The notes under the pieces were generated by a model. The model worked only from the letters and a program-made list of their open reading frames with translations. It ran no database searches and was not told where the DNA came from. A stretch of DNA of 64,000 nt, from positions 1,548,280-1,612,279 of the forward strand of contig NW_002060956.1 of assembly GCF_000150275.1 (NCBI RefSeq), read 5' to 3'. Source of the DNA: Trichoplax adhaerens. Lineage: Eukaryota > Animalia > Placozoa. Below are positions 54,001 to 64,000 of the stretch, one piece after another; position 1 is the stretch's first letter; each line of letters starts with the position of its first letter. A program made the position numbers and the translations under genes.

Positions 54001-57000
54001 TTTTATTAAATGATCTTTTCGCCTGTAAAATATAAATGTAGCAAGATTTATTGCGAAGTAGTTTAGCATTTAGGTATTAAACTCACGCCCATCATACTAA
54101 GCAATTAGATATACGTATACGCAACAGCAATTATTTGTTACTTGCCCTATTTAAGCTTAAGATTGAAAATAGCTTTACGGTATTAAATAGATATCTAATA
54201 GAAAAATATTTATCATTTATGCTACTTAAGTAGATACTAAAATGGTCTTATAGTATTAGTTTTTGAGCTGAATACTACGCGTCTTTGCAACTAAAATCGA
54301 ATAATAGGTTCCAATGTAACCTTTAATAATTAATATTTATAATAGTTAATTCGTGATTTCTACAGTACAACTTAACATTAAAAAAACATGAGTAAGAAAG
54401 CACAGTATATATAAGTATAATCAGAACCGATAAAAGGAATTCTCGGATTGAAAGAATGATAATGCACTGCTATTTCGGTTTTAGATCTCGACAAAGTTTT
54501 AGCATGCTTGTAGTAATGGTAGTTTAATTGGTTCTACCTAGTGTAGGAGTCTAATAAGGAAGCTAAGGAAAATTTTAAGACTGTAAGCTAAATACTATGG
54601 TAATAATTCTAGTAATTAATATTGAATTAGTACTTAGATAACAGTGACGAGTTTGCGTAGGTTTCGGGTATTCATGATAAATGTTAATAATGGGAAATAA
54701 ATTTATTATCATATGTGACAAATTACCTTAATTTACCATCGGCCGGACCGCCTTTTAAAACTTCTTTGACAATAATGCCAACACTTTGATCCTCTGAGTA
54801 AGGGTTATCGATTCCTCCAGTTACCGCAAAGCCGCAGCTGTTCATTAATGGAGGCTAAAGGGAGAGGTAAGGGGATAAGTAATTATATGTGTAACGGGAA
54901 GGCTGATGGCATATTTAATAGAATCTCTTATTATATAATATATGTCAACTTGAGTTAAAATATTTCAGCAATATTATCCTTATCGAAAGGTAAGATTTTC
55001 ATTAACTATGGTTCTGAGATAATTTAATGTAGGTTGTATATTCAAAGGATTTAACTTGACTAGATGGTGTCTTGTTTACAATTTTTAGCGTGATTAATCT
55101 TGTTAATCACCGATACTGTAATTTATTATTCAATCTTTCATACCTTTTCTATAACCACCTGGATCATTTCATATTTTGAATCATTGGTGATTTTCTATTT
55201 GAAAAAAATATACAGTGATAAAATTCAATATAAACTCGATAATTAAAACTAACATGATATAATTAAATTGCTATCTTTGGCCGGCCCATGGTCAATGATA
55301 TTGTAATATCGCGTACTACACATTCATCTATAGCTTGATGAATATTGTAACATTTTGTGGCTTGCATATTAATGATGAATTCTATAAGCTATTTTAATCG
55401 CTTAATCCTCCCTTATAGTATATAAATAGAAAAACATTGGGTATTGCCAAGTTTAGTAGAAGGCAGTATAAGATGTTGCCGCCGTTAAAAATTGGCAGTT
55501 ATTACGCGATGCTAAATATCCGTTGAATGGTAAAGCTATGATAAATAAATTAACGTCTTAGCATAGGTTATGTTGAGCTAGGTATCTATAATGAAAACCA
55601 CTTGTAAATAATTCGATTTACTCTTAGCTAAAATAAGCATCATAATAATTATATCACCGTTATATTGTACTTGCATCTTGTCATATTGCCTTTAATTAAA
55701 CAATTTCATTATATCTCGACAGGAAATAAAGTAAATGTTGTTCACTCATGATGAAATATTTATAAAAGGGGATTGTAGTTTTTGAGATATAAAAATTTGT
55801 AAATATAGGCATTATAGTTTAATTGAATTCATTATTGCAGCATCACTTTGAATAATTGACTATTGTATATCGTGAATAACTTAATTATCTTTAAATATGG
55901 ACTTCTAGATTTACTCGTTTATGTGCAGTGTGTACAAGTGCATATAGTCGGTCTAGAAGCCTATATCTTAAACCAGAATATGGTACGATGTGGTAACAGT
56001 CCTAATTAAATGTCAGAATCTTTGAACTATATTTCAGAATGACATTAATGAAATTGAAAAATATGCGGCATTTTGCATCGATGACTTTTCTGCCATCTGA
56101 GCAACAATTAGACATTGTTTCAAATTTAATCATCTTGTCGACTTCTAGATGTTCAGGGACAAATTACTAAATTCTTGAGGAAATCAATAGAGCATTATAC
56201 AAGTTTAGAGCACTAACATACCGCCATTCATTTCATGTCAAAGATTATAAATGCTCATGTAATTCTATAGGTCAGAAATTTTACTTCATTTTAGCCCACA
56301 TATCATGATAGTTCCTACGTCCAGTATCCAATATGTTCAAATACAACATATTTTTAGTTTATGTTCTTAACATAAGCTAGACAAGTTTTCGATAAGAATT
56401 AAGCTCTGAGACATGCTATTACTAAAATAAGTTAACTTGAATTTAGATTTACTACATTCCTCCAATCTTGATAGTTTTTCCACAGATATATTCGAAATAT
56501 CCTGCGATATATTCAATATTAACATAAAAGTCCCTTTATTTGATTAAGCTGACATCTTTCAATGGAGATTTAAATTCAGGGATTCACTATAGCAGAAATT
56601 AGTTCAGTAAACTTATTTTAAATTATGATACGATATCATTATTATTTTCGTAACTGTGATAAGTTTAATAAGTCATGAAAGAAAATAAAGTGCTTTGTTT
56701 GAAATGTTTAAACGTATTTACAAGATGATTGAGATAAAAATTTTCAAATTGGCTGAAGCAGAAGAGTTTAAACTGACGTCATGACTAAGGGATTGGCTAT
56801 TAATTATCACTGGATATTCTTCCAAGGTTTGGACTGTGCATAGAAACAAAATAAAACTTATAATGCATAGAAATGACTTCATTCCTATTTTCGATAGCAT
56901 CATGGTATTTTATGAATGATTATTAGGCAGTCACCAAAGCTTTATAGCTTAACAACCATGATATTGTACATATGAATGTAAGATTTTTTATAGCTGATAA

Positions 57001-60000
57001 TTAGTGGCTCAAGATGATTTAGGATCTATTTATATCTTATCAATAGTACAACAGATGGTAGCGTCGATATTTTGATTCCTTGTATTGCTTATATTCATAG
57101 TATACTTCATATATACCAAGGGTAGATTATGGCGGTTTGCAGATTTCTTAGAACTTTGGAATAAGCCCTATTGTGATAAATGTCTAGTTATTGCAGGATA
57201 CCTGCTGACTACTAATAGTGCTTTGAAGTCTTGAAGATCTAGTAGACTATACATTATTTTTTATTATGGTAGCGGAAAAAATATGAGTGATATGTTTACA
57301 CTATTAATGTTAACTGCTATTATGATACATGTAATTTTAACCACTGATTTCTAAGTAAAAGATAAGGCAGATTTTTGTTAGATTTGAAATGCTGTTCTTA
57401 CATTTTCTACTTACTAAAGGAATTTATCATGGTGCTAAGTATAAATAAATAGTTTTGTTTTGATTCTTGACTATAATATTTAATCTTCAAATTTCCATCA
57501 GTACTACGGGCTACAATTGCCTTCGTACAGTAGTTCTTGACCTATTACAGCAACAATAGATGATAGGCATCGCATGCTAGGGGTTTTTCCCTCCTTCTCT
57601 AAATTAAATTAGAGCCTGCCTACAATTATATTATTTTTACCAGGAGACTAAACTCATAGCTTAATGACATCCTATTGCAAAATGAAGGTTCTTTAAGAAA
57701 CATTTTTATGTTTACTTTGTTGTCTAAAGTTTTATTAGATTTATGACTCATGAAATTAAACTGTATTCCTATTTTAACAGGTTATACCTAGAGTTTTTCG
57801 GCCTGTTTTGTGTAACTGATAATTCTTAAATATTATGATTATTATTTAACTCTAGTCTATAGCTTCAAGATTTTTTTTCATTTGTTCTGATTACGTGGCG
57901 AGAATGATTAGTAAATGGCACAAAGGCGATATATGAGCGATTACTACAAGGTAGGAGCAACGTTAAAACGGAACAAATTCGATTGGTAGTAAAATTTTAG
58001 AATAAATTAATCTACTTGAAAAGATAATCTGCGCTAGTTTCCAGATAAAATCGCGTCCACTAATCAAGCATATTTCTGAATAAAAAGAATCTAACCTATT
58101 ATTTATCAATGAAATCTTGATGATAATCTTTTTTACTCAATATAGCAAGAAATCTATAGTTAATGATGCTGTAGCGCTATGTCTTGTTTCTCACTATCGT
58201 ATTTATCTGTTAATCGCTTGTTGTAATATACCTTCTGAATACTTATAGTTATAGTTTTTATAGTAAAGATGTACAGTATCTTTCATAAAAACTATAACTA
58301 TTTTCCCTACTTTATTCTAGGTAATTTGTCGGCTATTATACCATAATTGCAGTAATGAATTTCCTTAACCATGGGGATCAATTTCTTTATTATCTACTTC
58401 CTTTTTACGTTTAATTCTTTCAACATTTTAGAGTTGTATAATTGACGTTGTTGGATATCTATCGCGATGAAACTAAATTGGCTAGATGAAAACTATCGCA
58501 TTTTGTTTGACAATTTCGGCATTTTTGACATAAGCTATTGATGATATGGTATAATAGCGATAACTCAGTTGTTCAACAATGAATTACAAAACTGATATGA
58601 TTTGCATCATTTTATCTGCATAGTATTACGAAATAGTCTCGGGTAGAATCAAATAATTGGTTCATCAATGCTAATCAGTTCGTCTATCCTACAGCTGTAG
58701 GAAAATTAATATTCGCCGCTTGATAGGAAAGGAATGATTATATCGTGGTGCGTTGAATGATAATTTAGGGATTTCCCTGAAATTATTACTCTCCATGTCT
58801 CATATAAATACCTTCTCAAGAGAACATATGTGAATGATCTAAGGGGTGGGATATATATTCAGGAAGGATTGTATTCGGCTTTAATATTTTCAAGAGTATG
58901 CATAAATTAATAAGTAAAATAACTTGACTTTACGCCTATGAAACATGATTAACTGGTTAAGAAATAGGCTCTAAAAAATGGTATATGAGTACACCATCAT
59001 CATTGCAGGCTATTTCGAAAAAGGATCGTTATTCAGGTAGCCATAAAAATGGATAAAGAGTGATAACTGTGGCGATAGCCTATCTTGAAGTGTTTCCTAA
59101 TTACGATTTACAAGGGTCCATAGTACTGTAATAGTGATTATTGCGCTTATTTAATTAACTTAGCATCTGGTTATGGGCTAAAATGGTCTCTTGAAATGAT
59201 AAAATGTGATACATTTTACTGTCATAAAAGTACTATCACAACTATAAGGACTTTTAATTTGTACTGAAATTACCAGGTAAAAGTGGTACAGAAAGTGAAG
59301 GCTAAAGGGAAGATATCTGTAGTTGTTGCGATCGACTTTCGTTCTTGAATAATTATTGAATTTATTTCAGTTTTCTATTAGACGTATTACTAAGCTTCCA
59401 TAATTATAATTTGATAAAATGATCATGTCCTAGCATCAAATTTATCTTAAGACGATCACTAAATAAAAATAAGATTTAAGTTCTCGGACTAGTAGATATC
59501 TAAATTAAATACCAAAATACTACCAACAACTATTGAAATTTTATTAAGGAAAGAATGGATTATGTTATGGTTAAAAGGTTATGCTTTATAAGTGAAGATG
59601 AAAGGTAATTAAATATTCTTTCTTATTATAAATCTTGATCGATTAGGATGTGACTGTTGTTCTTAACTACTTTCTTGTTGACTGGATTTAATAAAATGTA
59701 AATAGGATCAAAATTAACTTTATTTTCCTGGCTGTATTTGCCGATTGTCACTTTCTGATTACTGAGACTTTTAAAATTAACTTCTCCTTAAATGTCATTA
59801 GCGGTTATTTCAGATAAGGACCGACCAAGTAAATAAAGGCGAATAATCTATTTGTTTAGCTCGCTCAGTATAGAACACTGTATTAGCTATGGAATGTTAA
59901 CTAGTCGATCGATGGCGTGATAGGTGTCTATTTATTGAAAAAGGCATTCTAACAGCACTAATAACTACTTTTTCCGTGTAAGAGTTATGATGCTGACTTC

Positions 60001-60907
60001 ATTTTTAAGAACTGCAGAAAAAAAAATAGCATAAGGTCTAAAACAAAAAGGCAAATAGTAGCCTATGTATTTATCAATGATGTTATCTGTATACGAATAC
60101 AGTGAATATAAGTGGACAACTTCATTATTTTACTGTAAATTATGATCGATACGGTGGCCAAAAAGGAATAATAATGATTATTATCATGTTTGAAATTTCG
60201 AAATGATATGTGTGATATTAAACTAGATAGGATGTGAAGAACAATAAACATTATCCTATGCATTAAGACTACAGTAAAACATTGAACAATAACAGTATTA
60301 ACTTAATAGTAGAGGTTAACTTGATATAAAATTGAAAACAAGATATCGTTAAAGGGTTCAAAAGTTTTGTTGTTGACACTCTCTTACTATTTGAAGCTAT
60401 CGATGTAGATTAATGAGCAATGAGATCAAATGGATGAATACTTAGTGAGTAATTTATTTCATGGATCTCCCTCTAACGAGGACAGCAAGAGGAAATTATT
60501 AGTGGCTCAATGGGTAATTGATGATATTTACATGTTTATCGACTATCGTACTACGAGGAATGTCGTTTTAGATGTAGTAGAATCAGTTTTTAATTCAAAT
60601 TCGTTGGATGGAAAAGTAGTTGTAACAAGACATGATCATGATATCTCATAATAACATTTCATTAATCTCTACATCAACTTACGCTAAATTCGGATGAGCT
60701 ATTATGATTTAAAGTTGAAAAACCGCTTCCGTTTTTCGAATCCAGTGTTAGCGACTTATTGGAGCGGTCATTCATGACGGAAATTGAAGACATTCTCTTC
60801 GGTGGCAGAGGTGGAGGAATGCCAGTACGAGATAGATTCGTGTCCATCTTGATGGAACGTGGGAACGTCCTTGATGGCAAACAATATGCTGTACTTGTCG
60901 AATACAT
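45049..60907 (-). CDS. TJP1: Zonula occludens MAGUK (ZO-1/TJP1-like: PDZ1-PDZ2-PDZ3-SH3-GUK-disordered region-ZU5). Exons 60907-60683 (tentative first), 55194-55144, 54854-54727, 54022-53920, 53799-53709, 53588-53488, 53303-53141, 52993-52579, 52486-52333, 52000-51898, 51794-51749, 51613-51443, 50907-50747, 50640-50554, 50200-50105, 49964-49909, 49723-49614, 49400-49288, 49130-49033, 48885-46391, 45657-45308, 45170-45049; ~1810 aa
   Basis: PDZ1 GFAVTGGIDNP...EVLKGGPADG; PDZ2 FGLKLCSQVV; PDZ3 IAGGNDVGIFV; SH3 GDSFYIRCNFDY...[51 protein letters not shown]; ZU5 TVLATAHGVFTSAGG...IIPPGAIPEGVEQDLYFKV...LLSPLVMCGP; ZO-1-type end IDHF*. All phases are consistent. Confidence 0.93.
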
Positions 60908-62639
60908 TCTTCCGTTAACGGTATCAACTTTCCGATTAACCGATCTCGATGGCTAAATGATTTTAGCTATCGATGACTGCGATATACCTCTAGAGTATAT
61001 TTCTTTCTTATTATTTTTAAAGTTGAAATTCAGTTATAAGATATATCTTGAAGAAATTGAGCGTCTAAAATTGATGAAAAGGTTAGAAAATGCGTGATTT
61101 TGCCAGAGTTTCAAGTTGTTGTAAATAATGTCAATACTTTTCTCTCCACGATGATTACGTTGCTTTCCTCATTCAACTTCGATCAATATTAAAGCCGTTA
61201 GCAATCCCATCTACGCTGTACTATTGCATGAAGATAATGAATATCTTGGATAACGATTGAGCAATATTGCTCAACGTGTAGAATGACTTGCTGAAATTGA
61301 GGGTTAGGATGGCGAATGGAAGCTTTGGTACGACACAACTCAATTTCTGGTTGTATAATTTTGCGTCTCTTCAAATTACCCTATTGTTTGAACCGTAGCT
61401 AAGATAATTCCAAGCTAGATTACAACTGCTGTAGTAGTAATGGTGACAAATAAAGTTGACAAAGAAGATGAATACGCATGTAATGTTTGAAAGGTTTGAA
61501 CTACAAACAAATTCTATACAATTGAGCTAGGATTGCATTCTTTTCCTCCTTATATTGACGACTACTATGTATACTTTGTTCGTCCTCCCAGCAGATACAA
61601 ACAATATTAGCGAAAAAGATCCTGCTATCATCCAATTTCAATGACACATCATGTACTATAACCAACTGATGACGATGGCCTATTGACACATTTAAAGAAT
61701 CGACTACCTATTGTCAATATTAACGGTAGGCTATTTGAATAACCAATGAATGATAGCCATAAATTATTTAAACAAAACCTAATTAATAATAGAACAGCGT
61801 CGCATGCTTCAAAATAGATCATCATTTGTTACTTCAACTGATGTAATTAAATTGGCAAGTTTAATTACCACTTGTAGCCTAAAAAATGACAGTTTAACTC
61901 TGTTATATTGACAGTACATTATGGTAAGTGACTGCATAGTTTACCAAGACCATTTCTGCAACTTACAATGCGATGCGGCAATATGGCTTTAATCATCGTA
62001 CAGAAAGGCTACTGTAGAACAAGCAGTCTTTTAAGCTATTAGTGTAGAATAATTGTACTGTAAATGAGCCTCTTGAAATCCACATATTGTAAGATATTTA
62101 ACAACATATCATTTTGCCTTTTTTATGTCAGATGATGACAGCTTGTTGACGGGAGAATTAAACTCTACGAAGAGTTGGCGTACGATGATGGTATGCAATA
62201 GTAGCCATCATGGGCTTATTGCAAAACTGTAACAACGACGTACATTCACAATAATTACAAAAATTGGCTTATGATAGGAAATAGAAATCTTTAAAGTATG
62301 ATTACCAGGATATCGACAATGTACACTTAAAAATCATCGTAGTTATGTACAAAGAATGGAAGGATAAAAGAGGTGTGGCAAGATAATTCGTGACAAAAGT
62401 AACATTTATATTACAAGTTTAGAATATTGCTTGCATAACAAAATTTTTAGCCAATAAGCTCGCGATATAAGCTCAATGATGAAATTCCATTGCTAGATTA
62501 GATTAAGTAAAAGTTGATTAAATCTTACAAAGTCTTGCAAATATGGTAATTATATAAGGATAAGCCAACTGTCGACTACATCCAATAGTAAAGCATTACA
62601 TCATTTCATCTTTTGGTAAAGACAGTTATGATTTCTAAA

Positions 62640-63754
62640 TTAAAATTTCTCTGACGTTCTATCAGCGACACGTCTCATTTGGCCATATACCTTAGAAGGA
62701 GGGCTCCCTAGAAAGTAATCAGAAAAATGCCATAAATCGATCCACACTAAAGAGTTTCAGATTTCTTAGGTTATTACTGGCAAAATTTTACGTCAGATTC
62801 AATTCTAAGTTTGTAATCAATTATCGCTACTTCTAAATACTGCCAATGCAATCTATCGATGCTAGACGATAACACAGTTTGTGTTTTCTTACTATTAGGT
62901 ACGAATTCACTACAAGGCGATCAAAAATTACCTAAAATTAAATTGCAAATCGCTGTTTTCGCCATTCGTATATTTTGGAATGATCCCAATATATGAATTT
63001 TACTGAAAGATAATAAATAAAAAAGTTTTCAGAACGTATTGAGTCATAGTAGATATGCTAACAAAATATATTTAGAAACGATAAAAATTAGAACATTCTC
63101 CGTAGCTTAATGGCAAAACTAAAGCTTGTACAGCTTACAAAGGGTATTTCTGCATGAATTTGTATAAACGAATAAGTTTGTATTTAGAGTAAAATGCTGG
63201 TATTCACAACATTCTACAGTATAAAAATATATTTATATATTACATATACATTACCTGTCAGCAAGAACAATTCGTGTTTTCGTAACATTTTCGATGGTAA
63301 ATTTAGTCTTGCCACCACTACCAGCAATTCTACCTATAGCTCGGGATAAGTGGTCACCTTTCAGAGGCTTGACTAGAGAAAGAGAAATAGTATAACAGCG
63401 CTAATGTCAAATGATTGATTAACGAAAAATTTCTGTGACATTGTAATAAGAATTAATCAACATAAGCTATTTCAGTAGCAATAGATTAGGAAAATTCTAG
63501 TTGATTTCCTTACCATCAGTAACTTCGAATGAATCGATATATAGATCATCTAATCGGATTAGAGCTAAAGCATCCTAAATGAGAGATAAGAGTCTATTAG
63601 TCACTACGATGATATCATTCCATACTTGCAGTTCTCTATCCTAGAAACTTTAGGCCGCCATTTACTGTACCTCTACTGCGAATCCTAATACAAAAGCTTG
63701 AACAAAATCAGCAGCTTTTTGTATAGCGTTAAGGTCAGTTGTTTCTGAACCCGT
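62640..63754 (-). CDS. PNO1: PNO1/Dim2 KH-domain 40S biogenesis factor, 3' part (exons 63754-63671, 63574-63514, 63372-63255, 63002-62932, 62707-62640); 5' exons lie beyond the window
   Basis: Spliced translation ...[122 protein letters not shown]. It is missing from the ORF track because the exons are short. Confidence 0.96.
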
Positions 63755-64000
63755 CTACATAGAAGAATGGTAATACTTTAATTAATATTCGAGCAAATGC
63801 ACCATTTTTGGGTTAAGCAAAGCTAAGTATAGATTAATAATTTATTCTCTTAACTGTAACAAAAGTATTCTATCCACTAAACAAGTACAGAAATATGTTG
63901 TAGATTTAAAACATTTTTTCGATATGGAATTAAGATGAACATGTATACTGACATCAAATATATACGAGAGTTATGTAAGGTGAGAGCAGTTGTTCTAGTC

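Noticed and set aside
55200-60660. Possible nested gene in the long ZO first intron (ORFs 56718-56903, 60063-60263, 60430-60651)
   Set aside because: No recognisable domain or multi-exon structure; a small gene cannot be excluded without RNA data.

Overview
Eukaryotic, AT-rich, intron-dense animal DNA. Composition, short introns and gene content suggest a non-bilaterian such as the placozoan Trichoplax; this is an inference, not verified. I assembled seven protein-coding genes exon by exon from GT-AG sites and phase: secretory phospholipase A2 (-), with a decayed PLA2 duplicate upstream; peroxisomal 2-hydroxyacid oxidase (-); MCC/USHBP1-like coiled-coil protein (-); A20/AN1 zinc-finger protein ZFAND5/6 (+); membrane-anchored M1 aminopeptidase with aminopeptidase-A-like S1 residues (-); a full ZO-1/TJP MAGUK (PDZ1-3, SH3, GUK, ZU5) (-); and the 3' part of PNO1/Dim2 (-), which is absent from the ORF track. 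The main non-coding signal is a strong excess of TACAGTA/TACTGTA heptamers, often chained. These match the Tc1/mariner (Sleeping Beauty-type) excision footprint, and one local paralogous repeat pair differs by inserted CAGTA units at a TA. Other signals are a near-perfect 79-nt palindrome fused to a second hairpin in a ZFAND intron, two candidate microexons (15 nt and 4 nt), further hairpins and local tandem duplications. I recognised no rRNA, tRNA, CRISPR array or intact transposase. A 50-N gap lies at 23028-23077.
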